Of a DNA stretch of 64,000 nt, positions 21,520 through 34,500 are shown piece by piece. Each line of letters starts with the position of its first letter. The stretch's first letter is position 1. The notes under the pieces were generated by a model that was not told where the DNA came from, did no database searches, and worked only from the letters and a program-made list of their open reading frames with translations. The translations under genes and the position numbers were made by a program. Source of the DNA: Macrostomum lignano (Eukaryota); the NCBI GenBank assembly GCA_002269645.1, contig NIVC01000922.1, forward strand, positions 124,001-188,000, written 5' to 3'.

Positions 21520-24444
21520 ATGTACCATTATCGCCCTTAAAACCTGGGTAATAATATACTATTATGCTGTCTGGAAGTCGAAGTTGGCCAAAGTAGTCAT
21601 GGCTGTCTGTGGTAAAAAATATCCTTTCTAAAATCTATTAAAATAGATGCTAAATAAATGAGGTTAATGTAGCATGCGCAGGCAGGTAGTTCGGGCACCT
21701 AGTTTGCACTCCGTGACCCCCACCCAGCCTATCCACTTCCCTCTGCTCGAGCACATCCCAACGCGCACTCAATGAACCGGAAATCTGTGTTCTACCAGAC
21801 AATAAATATACAGGCACAGCCACATTCTATTTCTTCACCTTTTTGAGTGGCTAACTACGAGTAACACTCGCAACAACCAGCTAGAGTTGCTCGCTACAGT
21901 TAATAGTAAATATTTACGGTTTGACTTTTGTGCAACTAATAATTTCCAGCTAATGCAAGCTTATTGCTTTTGCAATTGTTTAGCAAGATAAATTTTTAGT
22001 AAGACTGAAGTAGACTGTCGGCGTGTCGATTTTAGATGCACATATTTTACAGTATGAGACAGTCTTGACTCTCTATATCCACGTAGCTGTATGCATGCAA
22101 ATGTACAAAAAATCACTGCATTACCTTTAGTTAATTTTACCTCAGCCGCAAAATGCAGGGGATTTTGAATAAAAATTCACAAGAATTCTTGGAAATTTTG
22201 TTTAAAAAATAAAAATGAGTCGTTTGCTCGAATGCAAGAACCTGTTATTGTAAAATTAAGGCTTTTAATCGCCTCTCTGGGCAGCGCTGGCAAGAGAAAG
22301 CACAACAAACGATAAATCCCCTTAGGGTGCCCTGCAAAACCCGCGCTACAATCTATTGTGAGCAAGCTATAGGGAGTGGAGTAAAGGCGAGCATGATATA
22401 GGGGTGTATGCCACTTGTCAGAAACTGCGGGAGACACTGAGCCAGTCTCCCCGTATAGCGATCTGAAGTCGGCGACATTGGCCGACGTTCCCGACGTCTA
22501 GTCGACACCGATGAAGTCGACGACAGTGCACTTTTACATAACACCTACCTTTAGCCGACGAATATATCCGACAATCAGGCACATATAAATAAATAATTAG
22601 TCACATATTTGTCATTGACGTTGGATCACAGTACGGGCTCAGGGCACGGTAGTACCCGCGTCCCCGTAGCATATTACCAACATATGGCCGGCGCCTTATG
22701 GCCGCGGCGCCGCGAAAGTAATTACTCTCGGTCGCATGCGTTCTGGAGAAGGAAAAAGGGAAAGAAAAAAAGAAAAGGAAAGAATGGTACCTTTTTACCG
22801 AAAATCAGGCCTAGGGAGGCAGCGGCTGGCTTAAGCGGTAGCCCTTGGAGCTGCCAGCTACCACTGCACCGCGGCTGCACCGCGGAGAATTCGAGCAAAT
22901 TTGATGATAAAAATAAAAACAAAAAGAAGAAAAAGCCGGAAGGATAAGAAAAGGATGGGAAAGGGGTTGGAAAAGGATGGGAAACAGTGGGTAAAGGGGA
23001 AAATTTAGCGACCGTCAGCAACATGCTTAAATTATATTTATACCCTAAGTTATTATTGATTGTTGAAATGTATTAGCTGAAATAAACTTAGGGAGAAACA
23101 ACTTTTCATTATAAAATGGAGTGTCTTCACGTGTTCAAGTTCGGGGCTTTTGGACAACATACAGCTGGGCATAAGGGGCCTATCTGTATGTTCGTCGAAT
23201 TGAAATACTTTGAGTGTTACGTACCTCTTGCTATTGAAATCAGATCAGGTAAATCAAGTTTTGATCCGGAAAAAATCCGGAAATTGCGAAGCAATTTTAC
23301 GTTAAGTTTAATTATTGCAATAATAAGGCTTATACGTTTCTTCAAATGATGAAATATGCTGGCTAGCAGCAATAAGCATGCATGAATATGATGCATGCGC
23401 CATGCAGCATGGTGGATCACTATCGCTGTTTATTGGATTAAGCCAGCCTATCAAACCCAAGTATAGGTTTATAAAATAGGTCATTCAGTACAGTATTAGG
23501 CCTATTCTATTTATTTTGTAATATTCTTACTTTTTTCCATTTTTACGCCTAAGGCAAGCTAGGCCAGGGCCTGGCAAACTTTGAATTATTAAAAAATAAC
23601 TGTTTTGAACAAGTGTCACATTTACCAATCGATTTTTCATTAAAATTCAATATTGCAATCAATAATATTCTGAGTGTTACCATTTTTGTATTTTAAACAA
23701 AACTATGAATGAAACCAAAGCTAAAGACATTGTTTTAGTTTATATAGCCATAGGCATAGGCCTATATCATATACTTTCAAGTAGTAGTCCAACAAAATAT
23801 CTGTCAGGAAGATGCATTAGGCATTTAGGCCTAATTATATGTATAGATCAATATTTGTCAAGATAAACATAAACTTTAAAGCATTAATTATTGGGATATT
23901 ATATTACCTCATAGGCTAGGCCTACCTGTTAGTAAAGATCAATAGTTAGTAAGTTAGCTGTTAAAATAAAGCATTATAGGCCTAATTCAATTGTTTGGAT
24001 AATATAGGCCCTATAATATGCCTAAATTAATTGTAGCCATTATAATTTTTATAAGTAGGCCCTAGTAGGGGTCAATAGTTAGTTGTTAGGAGGAAGTATT
24101 ACTATTAGCTATAAATAGAGGTCAATAGGTAGCTAGCTATCAAGAGGAAGCATTAATTGCTGCAATCCAAGTATATAAAATCTCTAAGGTTTGTATGCTT
24201 GCTTGAATGCTTGATTGCTTGTTTGTCTATAATAGGCCCTTAATATAGGCCTAAGCCTAGGTCCTACTAATTGCTAAGATAATATATATTAATTGTAGGC
24301 CCTAGGAAAAGGTTAGTATATTTAAATACATTAGGCCTATATTATCCAAAGCAACAATAAAAATATAATAAAGATTTATATAATATAACAATATAACTTA
24401 TATGTATCATTTAACATGCAAAAAATATTTTAGCATCTAACTAG

Positions 24445-27400
24445 CATAGTTGCCACACCTGCGCTATTTTAGCGCTACTGCGCTATTTTGTTTCAGCTGC
24501 GCTACTGCGCTATTATCTTTGAAATGCTTTTAATTCTGCGCTAAATGAGTTTTATAGTTACACTAAGTCAACATTGTTTCCCTTCCTCTAAGTCTAAGTC
24601 AAAGCACACTCTTTACTTTCTTTAGAATTGTGTAGAAAGAACTAAAAAGATGCAGTCAGTCGGGGCTTGCCACTTGGCCTTACCCATCCCTTAGTCTGGT
24701 GGGGTGTTGCTGATTGGGGCCCTGATTGGATACCCCAAGTTTCAAGCCCTACCCCCCCCCCCAAAATGGCCAATTCCTATTGGCTTAGCAAATAGTCAAT
24801 CCCACTCACCCCCATGGGTCTGCTTTTTATTCCACTTTAAAATCAAAACATGTTATCGAACTTAAACTAAATAAACAAGAAAGTGTCTGAGTCCAGACAT
24901 AGAGTTCTTGTATCAAGGACAAGCATAATGCCTCTTAAAACAAAGCCAAGTCAACGAGGCACAAAATGGGGCAACGATTGGCTATAAGAAAAAGACAACT
25001 CTGGCGTTCTAATCTCTAAGTGGTGTCAACAAGACAGAATTGAAGGCAAGGCCTATTGCAGGGCCTGCTCCAGGTCATTCTCAATAATGCAGCATGGAAT
25101 CAGCGCGATTCGTCAGCACGCTGATGGACAAAACCACAAAATTCAAATATCTGCTATTGGTCAACAAAAGACCATGACAAGTTTCTTCTCGGTTATGAAC
25201 GACGATCCAGCAAAGCAAGCTGTGAGTTCGACTACTATCAGCGAGCAAGCAATGGCGGCCAATTTGCGTTTTTCATTACTGGTGGCCCAAAAGGATCTGT
25301 CATTTAACCTAATGGACCAGTTTACATCGCTGCTTCCGGTTGCATTTCCGGACAGTGCTATCGCTCAGCAATTTGCCTGCTGCAGAACTAAAACGACCTA
25401 TCTTGTTAACGAGGCATTGGCACCATTCGCAAAGGAGCAAATGTTTGACCTTCTCCGCAAGTCGCATTTCTCCATTATGCTGGATGAGGGCACTAAACGT
25501 GATCGCTCCTACCTGGCAGTACTTGCAAGAGTATTCTCCACTGAGCACCAAAATGTCCCAATTGTAATGATTGGCATCAAAGAGCTGACGGACAGCACTG
25601 CTGAAGGAATGAAGACAGTTGTTAAGGAACTACTTCGTGAAGGGAATATACCTGTTAAGCATGTTCTCTCGGTGATGACTGACTCATGCAATGCAATGCG
25701 AGGTGAGCAATTGCAGAACTAGCTTGTTCTTTTATATGAATGTCCTAATTACCTATAATAATAAGTATGTACTTATAATGAAAGTTTGTGACTGCTACAT
25801 GCACTACTATTTACATGTCTCTACTACTGTCTCTACTATGTCTCTACATGTACATTTGCTATTACTACGCTCGTGCGAGTAGTAGCAACTGTCTTATATT
25901 ATAGAAATAGTATACTAGTAAGTAGTAACGTACATGATACAGTAATCTTTTAGAACAGTTAGCAGTTTTTTTTCACAACCTTATTACAACATGTGAATGA
26001 CATGATAACTTTGTAAGTTTTTATGGAATGTTTAATGAATTAAACTATTTATCCTAACATTCCGAAGGTCAAAACAATGGCCTGCTTGCTAAACTGAAGG
26101 AGGAGCTACCGCACCTAATCGATGTTGGCGGGTGTAGCCTACACCACGTGCACAACGCTGTCCAATATGCGGTAAAGGCTTTGGACACTTCTGGAGAGAC
26201 AGAAGGACTCCTGGATGATGTTTATAACAATTTTCGGTTCAAAAGTCGACGCAAAGCCTTCCATCAGGTATGCCTCTTGTGCGAACAAAGTTTATTTCTG
26301 GTTTTAAGAATAAGAACAATTACAAATACATATATTCTGTCTTTGCGATACTTTTATCCAACTTAACTGAACTTCTGTCAGGCATAATTTATTGAGATAA
26401 TAAAAAGATCATAGTAAGTACACCATAAAGCAAATGAGCAAATTATAGCAAAATGCACATGTTCTTTTACCTATTACTATCGCTGATAGTGATATCATCA
26501 GTTTGTTGCCCCTGAACTCTATGAATAAATGCTTCTAGTTCTCTCCATATTATTCTAAACAGTACCGCTCATATTGCTCTGCCACCCACTGTTGCATTTT
26601 AGATTCAGACAGCACTGAATCTGACTGAGCATGCATTTATCCGCCGAGTGGAGACCCGTTGGCTCCAGGTGCTAATAGTGGTGCGTCGTATTCTCGAGCA
26701 GTGGCCTGCGCTGCAGCAGTTCTTCTCAAACCAGCAGAACATTCAGAATGACCGAGCTCGCCGCATCAGGGAGGCCTTGACCGACAAAGCTCTAGCACGC
26801 CTCCAGTTTCTCGAACAAGCTTTGCCCAGGTGCGAGAAGATTGAGAAGCTATTTCAAAATGAGTCTACTCAGGTCCACCTTCTTTCATCGTCACTGGACG
26901 ATCTCTGCGGCTGCATCCTGACGTGCTTTGTCCGAGAAGACGTTGTTAATGAGACCAACTCTCTGTCAGACCTCGCCGATCGTGCCAAGGAACGCTCCAA
27001 TCAGTTGAACAATGCAAGTCTGGTGATTGGTGGCAAGACCCGTGAGACTGTCGACAGACTGTCGCCAATTGATCGCATTGGATTCTACAAGAGCGTTCGC
27101 GATTTCTATTGTGAGTTAGTGCAGAGGCTTTTTTCATATCTGCCACTGCAGAACAAGATCCTCCGAGCTCTTCGCTTTGTCGACCCTAACTATCTACTCG
27201 GAGAGGACTTCAACTTCGACAGAACCGTGTTAAGGGTCGCCAAAACGATGAGCACCGTCATCGCAGTTGATGAGCTTGATGAGCTGCGTCTCGAAGTCAC
27301 CAGGTTGCGTGTCTCAAACTCGGAGCTCGAAAAGTCGAATCCTGAGAAGTTCTGGTCATGCCTGCCCACTGCGACTTACCCGCTGCTATCAAAGCTAGGG

Positions 27401-28540
27401 CGCAGTGCATGCTGCATTCCGCATGGCAACGCGGACAGCGAACGGTTTTTAAAGTGGTTGGCCAACGACTTAACGAAGCAGCGGAACAAGCTTTCCGAGT
27501 TTACGCTCAACTCTCTGCTCACTATCAAGACCTGGCTGAAGGCAAATTTGGCCACTGCACATACAGTCACAATTGAACCAAGCCTAATTGCCATTGGCTT
27601 TGAAGCCCGAAGTAAAGCGGCTGATCGCGCTCGATTAGAACAGCGGCAGCAGGCGATGAAGAGACTGCAGAAGAAGATGGAGGAACAGCGCGCGATTGAA
27701 GCTGCAGCGAAGAAGGCTCAAGAGGAACAGCAGCAGCAGGAGGAGGATTTAGTGACGCAGCAGCAGACTGTTGACGAGATGCGAAGGAAGGCGCAAGAAA
27801 TGCTGGCAGCTGCATCGAAGGCGGAAGCTGCATTCCGAAAACGGCTTAAGCGACAGAGCGTGTCCAGTCAGCCTAGGGGCGGTAACAAAATTGCGCGAAT
27901 CGAAGGTGCTACTGCCGCCGGACCCTCTAACAAGTGAAGTGAACATTGAAATTTTTGCTAGTTTGACTTTTATGTTAACTGAGCTGACGGAGAGTTAGAA
28001 CTTAGTTTGATTTCAAAATAAAGAAATGAGTTTAAAATCGAAATCAATCGACTATAGTGACAGATGCTTTTTACAAAGCGATTCCGGAACCAATAGAAGA
28101 AAAAATGTAACTAATAATTGTTAAGAACATAATAAAGTAAGAAATTCGTACGATTTTAAAACTACCTTTAGTAAGTCAAGCCTTTCCCTAAAGTTATCAA
28201 ATATCTCTAGGCTTTTTCTCGTCTAGGAGCTACTCGAAAATAGTTATTCACATACTTGTGTAGGAGTATGTGTTCGAGCTATATGTACATGTATGTGTAC
28301 TTGCTGTGCAAGTGTAATCCAATCCAATTGTCAGTAACTGAAATAAGTTTTTTATTATCATTTCGTTACTCAAATAAACAGGTTAATGTAGCTTTTCGGT
28401 TTCCTAAGACTTGACTTACTATTATTTATTAATCCGTGGTTGCTTTTTAATGATTACATAACTTTAAAACTAATTATTTTACGCTGCGCTAAATCTTTTC
28501 TGCTGCGCTAATATTCTTTTATTTTCCTGTGGCAACTATG
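24445..28540 (+). mobile_element. hAT DNA transposon, 4096 bp, full length
   Basis: 13-bp TIR CATAGTTGCCACA / TGTGGCAACTATG; perfect 8-bp TSD CTAACTAG (24437-24444, 28541-28548); subterminal GCGCTA repeats. Confidence 0.93.
24928..27937 (+). pseudogene. hAT transposase, 3 exons, with one premature stop
   Basis: Exons 24928-25702, ~26069-26267 and ~26603-27937. BED-like finger (YCRAC...HADGQNH), IMLDEG, TDS, GGCSLHHVHN (CxxH), ETRW and dimerisation motif IPHGNADSERF...RNKL...LNSLL. In-frame TAA at 24985-24987. Confidence 0.85.
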
Positions 28541-29886
28541 CTAACTAGCCATTAGGCTCCTAGACCTTCATTAGGCCTATCCATTAGATTATCATTGAAA
28601 AATGTATATATATATATATATATTATGAACTCTAATATTTACCTATTGTACTTTTCTAGCAACTCAGCTATATAATATCAATCTTATAGAAACTCATTGA
28701 ATTAGGCCTAATGGCTATTTATAATAACACTGATTTAATCCCATTTGCTAAGAAGTGAACTGCAAGCAAAGTGTCTAATGCAAAATGTTCCATAGTAGGC
28801 CTAAAATTTTATTTGCTTTTCTTAGATGTTGCATTAGCTCTAGGAGTCTAGGTGCATTTTTGCATATTATTTTGATACCCAAAGTTCTATTTTGAATTTG
28901 ATAGGCCTAGGCCTAGGGCCTATACTAAATTTTATTTGTTTTTTATTGAATCAATAAAATTTTGGCATTATGAAAATAGATATAAAAATAGGCTTTTCGG
29001 TGCCTTTTGTCTAGACCAAAGTTTGTATAGATCTTTCTAAATTTGTCCTTTCCTTGGTAAACTTTAAAAGTGATAAAATTCTAGTACACTTTGACTTGAT
29101 AAAACTCTCAATGTAGTTAGATTTTTCTGTTCCCCAATATAGGCTTTTCCACAATCTTTGACTTACTAGAATTGAATGCATTTTTCTTAGATTTGACACA
29201 AAGTTATATTGCTATTTTAATTTAGCATATGCCTAGCCATGTTTTGTTCTAATGTATTTATTATAGGCTTCCATTTTATTGAACCATTGAAAGTTCCTTG
29301 ATTCAATATGTTTTTGGTCATTCTTGGATTTGGGGGGCATGTTTTAGTCATCCTTGATGAAATCAATTATACACTCTTGGCATATATAAACAAAGTATAT
29401 TTTTGCATTTGCAAAAAAATTAGATTTGTTGATAGATTTTTTTACCAAAGTTGTGTCTACACTGATGATTAGTATATTTATAAACATCATCATTTTTTTA
29501 TTTTCACTGAATTCATAGAATTGTGCCTTGATTTTCACATAAGACACACTTTATTGCACTTAAAAGATAGCTTTACAGTAATCTTCTTGCATAAATAAAA
29601 GGGTTTTAACACTCAAAAAGCCCATTGTTACCAATGAGCATGAGTTGTCTTATTTATCTTGAAATATCTTGTATACTATAGTGAAAGAACTGTCTATTGA
29701 TTTTGTTCACTTAACTGAGTTGTGTAAAAAATTGACTTATCAATTTCTACCTTGTATCTTTGTCTACTGATTTTGATTGGATGATCAATTGGATGGATGG
29801 ATGGAAAAGGGTATGTATCTCCCTGTGGGGCTATGGGCACAGTGGATGGTGCATGTAATTATGACAATAACTGAGACTTTAGAATG

Positions 29887-30997
29887 TGAAGTAGACGGGG
29901 TTTTCTCGGGGTGGCCTGGTAGGTCTTTGAATCCCACCGCTGCCACTAGTGAAGTAGATGCTGTTTGCTTCCCGGATTAGGCCCTTGCGGATTACCTTAA
30001 ACCTCGAGCCTCTTCAGTGGGAAGTCCTTTCAGCGTGCAGTAGCGTAGGTAGTGCTGCCACCAGTTCCTTAAGGTCTCAGCCTTTGGTGAGGTGAGCTTC
30101 CCGTCGGAACGAAATAAACAAGTCAACGAACTCAGCACAGCGTGCAGATTTGCAGATTAATGAACAAGGCGTCCTGATCAGCAGATCCCCGCCGGGCTCA
30201 GGGGTGGCTGGGAAGGCAGTGTTAGCCTCCCTTAGGCTTGGGCGTCTAAGTTTTAGTCAGGCCAATTGGTGATAGCTTAAATGGGCAACTGAACGAAGTC
30301 CGGAAAACTAGACAAGAAGAAGATTCCGAAGACGAATAGTCAGAATCTCAGGCACTCGGCTACAAATACTGATGACTGAAAACTGAAACCTGAAAACTCC
30401 TTGACGGAAACAAAGGGGAGAGGGGTCCTATTTATAGCCGGGAAACACCCACGCAGAAGACCTCGTGACTCGTTCTATTTTTAGAACTGACGTCACTTGA
30501 GAGTCTCGGGCAGGGTACTAGCGCGCGGAAGACCTCGTGACTTGTTCTATTTTTAGAACTGACGTCACTTGAGGGTCCCCCGGCAGAGTGCACATGGCTG
30601 TGACTCAGTTGCTATTTTTAGCAACATGAGTCACTCCTCTCCTTAGAGAAGGGAGGGGACCGAAAGCATGTGACTCTCCCGGTAAACAGGGCCAGCAAGT
30701 GCAGTAAACATGTTTATTGCACTTTAAGACTTCAAGAAAGCAAGGCCTGTCATGTGACTGGCTCACATGACAGGGGAAACAGAGACTGACGAAACAAGGA
30801 CAACCCACAACAGAGAGGCTGAGGGCTGAGAAACGAAGGGCAGCACGGGCAGAAGGAGGGAAGGGAGCAGCAACAGACAGCCAAAAGGAGGGAGGCGGGA
30901 AGCTGACCAGCGGCAGACAGCAACCCAGGGCGAGGGCGAGGGCAAGGGCAACTGCTGACAAAGTGTGACGCCTAACACCAACTAGCGGATCACTACA
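29887..30997 (-). repeat. 3' LTR of the Gypsy element
   Basis: Direct repeat of 38951-40061; TATA-like CTATAAATAG at ~30428-30437; two tandem U3 repeats each containing TGACGTCA. Confidence 0.95.
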
Positions 30998-31528
30998 CTC
31001 TCCCCGTTCAAATGAAGAGGCGGAGTGAAAGCGAAGCGTGCTTTATTTAATAAACAAAATATTGATTTTACTAAATAAAATTATTACAAATGCCTGGCAA
31101 AAGGATGGCAGTGTCACAAGGCATGCAAATTATTACACGGCTGGGCCAAGGTCAGGATTGTGACCCGAAATGGCGAAGCATCAATAGCACCAGTGGGTTG
31201 CCCACGCCAAGGCAGAGCCCTAGAAAATCATAAAAACGGCGGGGCTGGCAAGTCCCTCGGGCATACGCAGAATCAGGACCTTAGTCCAACAGCGGTTTGG
31301 GGGCACCGGCCCGGAAAATGGGCGCCTAAATATACGGGATACCTTAGACAGCCGGTAGAGCCCGTCACTGGGGAGAAGGGGGATGCAGAACTGCATCAGA
31401 GCAACAGCTCACGGGAAAATAAACGAGTACGCATTGCGGGGGCGCTGGCCCGCTATTGAGGCGCCACATAAAGTAGAGCAGGGAAAAATCAGAGGGTGCC
31501 TGTCAGCACTAGGTCCACAGAGTCAGAG

Positions 31529-34500
31529 TTAATCGCTGCGTTGGGTTGATCGGTGCACGCAGATGCGGGCAGTGCGACTATCATAGGTTTTGGCCCTAGG
31601 ATTAATAATCAGCCTCTCAGGCTGCCTACGATTCTTAGCCGGCCTACCGGCATCTACAGTTCCTACTGACGCTTCCACCGTAGTGGTGCATGGCGATGGC
31701 CCAGGGGTCTGGACCACAGAAAAAGCAGCACTGGGGGCGGGCGCAGAAACGGGCGACAAAGAAACAGCAGGCATAGACGCATTAGGAACAGGCTCATGCA
31801 AATGGCATTCACCATACGGCACTGGCTCACGCCGAAGTGCACTTGCCTGGTTCGCTGGTGTCGTGACCGGTCCACCTCCTGGCAGCACCTCCGGGATCGC
31901 CAAAGGCCGGAAGTGCCATCGGAAGGCCGGCCTTGCGTCTTCTTCTTCTCTTCTTCTTCTTCTAGCTTTTTATCGCCTTTCGGCGTAGCTCACCGGGAGA
32001 CCCTTACTTCGCTTCGCAGCTGCGTAGGTGGCGTGCCATGTTGGTGGCTGCCAGGAGGCGCCCGCACAATGGGCAAGCCTTTCGGATGCCTTTGTACACA
32101 CGCGCCACCGACGCCGGTTCCGGCTGGGTGTCGTGGCACGCCTTCGCGTGTCTGGCAAAGTTGGACGTGCTGTACCATCTGCCGCATCGCTGGCAGTGCG
32201 TTTTGCCGTCGACTTTTTTGCTTCCGCGACACCACTTTTGGTGATTCTTTCGCGTTGCCCCGGTTCTGAACATCTGTTGGCATTTTCCACATGGTAATTG
32301 AACGGCAACGAGCTCTCTGTGCAGTCTCTTCTGGTGTATGGCTAGACCGCCCCTGGATGCGCAGACTTTGTTGCATCCGTCGTATCTGCATCGGTATCCT
32401 GTCAGCTCGTTCTCCTCTGGACTGGCGATTGATTCCTCTGTTTCCGTCGTTCTGCGGTTCCTCTTGGATCGTTCTGCCTCTTCCATACGCATCGCGTTCA
32501 CTCTGCGCTTCACTGTCTCCTTCCAGCTCTCTCTGTCTCGGACGAGGCGGTCGATGTCGATGGTGTCGACGCCTGCCTTCCTGACCATCAGCTTCCAGTG
32601 GTTGGTGATCGTGCGCTGTCTCCTTTTGGCTTTCCTCATGCTCTCTAGTTTCTTATCCCATCCTAACACGCATTTCTTGGTGAGGCTAGTGTCGGGCATT
32701 CGGAGGACGTGGCCTAGGCGTCTCCAGTGGGCGATTTCGATCTTTGTCGCGATACTGTCCACGCCGAGTTCAGCTCTGACGTCCCACATGTTCACGCCCT
32801 TTTCTTGCATCTCGACCAGGGGCGGTTTGGTCTTTTCGCTCCAGATGAAACGGTAGCGCTTGTCCATTGCCTGTTGCATCTTCTTGATGTCCGTCTTGTA
32901 GAAGGGGCGTGCTCCGGCATTGAAGGTTATGGTGCTTTCCACACATGCCTCCACAATTTTGGCTTGGGTCCGTTTCGTAGCCGTCATCATCGTCATCGTC
33001 GGCGTCGTCCTGGTCGTCCTCGGGGATCGGCGTCAGGGTCGCGGGTCCTGCGCCGTCGGGAACGTCAGGCGGTCGCCGACGCGTCTTTGGCTTGTCGACT
33101 TCAGGATCGGAAGTCCTCGTGTAGTCAGCGTCAGGCACGAGCAGAAGGTTCCGGCGATGGACGACTAGTTCGTCTCGTCTAGCTCTCGAGTTTGGCAGTC
33201 TCCGTCGAATCTTGTAGACGACCTCGCCCTTGGGCTCGACGACTTCGTACAGGGCTTTGCGAGGTCGATGAAATTTCGCCGCCTCGTCCGGCTCGAGTGC
33301 CGGGTTGTTGAGGAAGACCAGATCACCCGGTTGAAGCTTCTTAGCGGCGGGCAGGTTCGAGTAGTGCTCGTCTCGCAGTTGCTGATGCAGATGCAGGCGC
33401 TCCTTGGCCAGCTCAGTTGCCTCGTCCAGGCGACGTTGGAAGTCCTTGACGTAGTCGGGCAGGTCGGCATACTCGGGCAGCCTCTTCAGCGCGTTGTCGA
33501 TCGGGAGTCGGAAATCACGGCCGAACACCAGGTAGTGAGGCGTGAAACCGGTCACCGGGTGCACGCTGGAGCGGAGAGCCATCAGACAAGCTGGAAGGAA
33601 GGTGTCCCAGTCGTTGTGGTTGCGCTCGAGCAGACAGGTGAGGACACTCTTCAGCTGTTTGTTGAGGTTCTCGACTTGTCCGTTGGAAGCTGGATTGTAC
33701 GGTGTTGTTGTCGTATGCCGAATGCCAAACAGGTCGCAGAACTTCTTGAAGGCTGAGCCGGTGAAATTGGTGCCTTGGTCGGTGTGGATCCAGCATGGTA
33801 CACCGAACTCAGGGATGAAGCGCTCCTGCAGAAGCTTGATGACTGTCTTGGCTTTCTGGTTTCTCATCGGGTAGGCGAATGGATACTTCGAAGTCGCATC
33901 GCACAAGGTCAGGATGTAGCGGTTGCCGCTCTTGCTCTTCTGCGCGATTGGTCCTACTACATCACAGTGGATTCTACCCAGAACTTCGCAGACTGGGAAG
34001 CTCTGGACCGGAACTCTCTCTCGCCGTCGCGATTTACTTTCAAGGCACGTGCGGCACTTACTGATGAAGGTCTTGGTAGCACGGGCTAATCCGGGTCTCC
34101 AGAACCGTTCTCGTAGCCGCAGTAACGTCTTCGTCTCGCCGAGGTGTCCACACAGTGGCGAACTGTGGAGCTCCTGGAGCACCGGGGCGTCAAGGGCCTC
34201 AGGCAGAACAACCTTTGGCGGCTGCTGGCCATCGGACAGGTCAATCAGCAGCAGGCCGTTGTCCTCCTGCAGGTTCTCGTAGTATCCGAGCAGATTCCGC
34301 TGCTCCTTAGTCAGTCGCAACCGGGCGTCGAACTCAGGCTTCGGGGCTTCGTCCTTGACCAGGTTGAGCACGTAGCTGATGGCTCGGTCAGCGCGATGGG
34401 CGTCAACGAACTTTTGGCGAGTCATCGGCAGCTTCAGAAAATCAGTGAGCACAGCGCGGCATGGCTGAGGGGTCCGGATTCCCGCAGTCTCCGCTTTAAT

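Noticed and set aside
22330-22950. GC-rich island with GTCGAC/CCGCGG motifs as a gene or element end
   Set aside because: No coherent ORF, TIR partner or TSD could be identified.
30605-30961. 118-aa hydrophobic ORF in both LTRs as a possible env-like or secreted protein
   Set aside because: It starts at TTG rather than ATG, lies in CT-rich U3 sequence, and its conservation simply reflects LTR identity.
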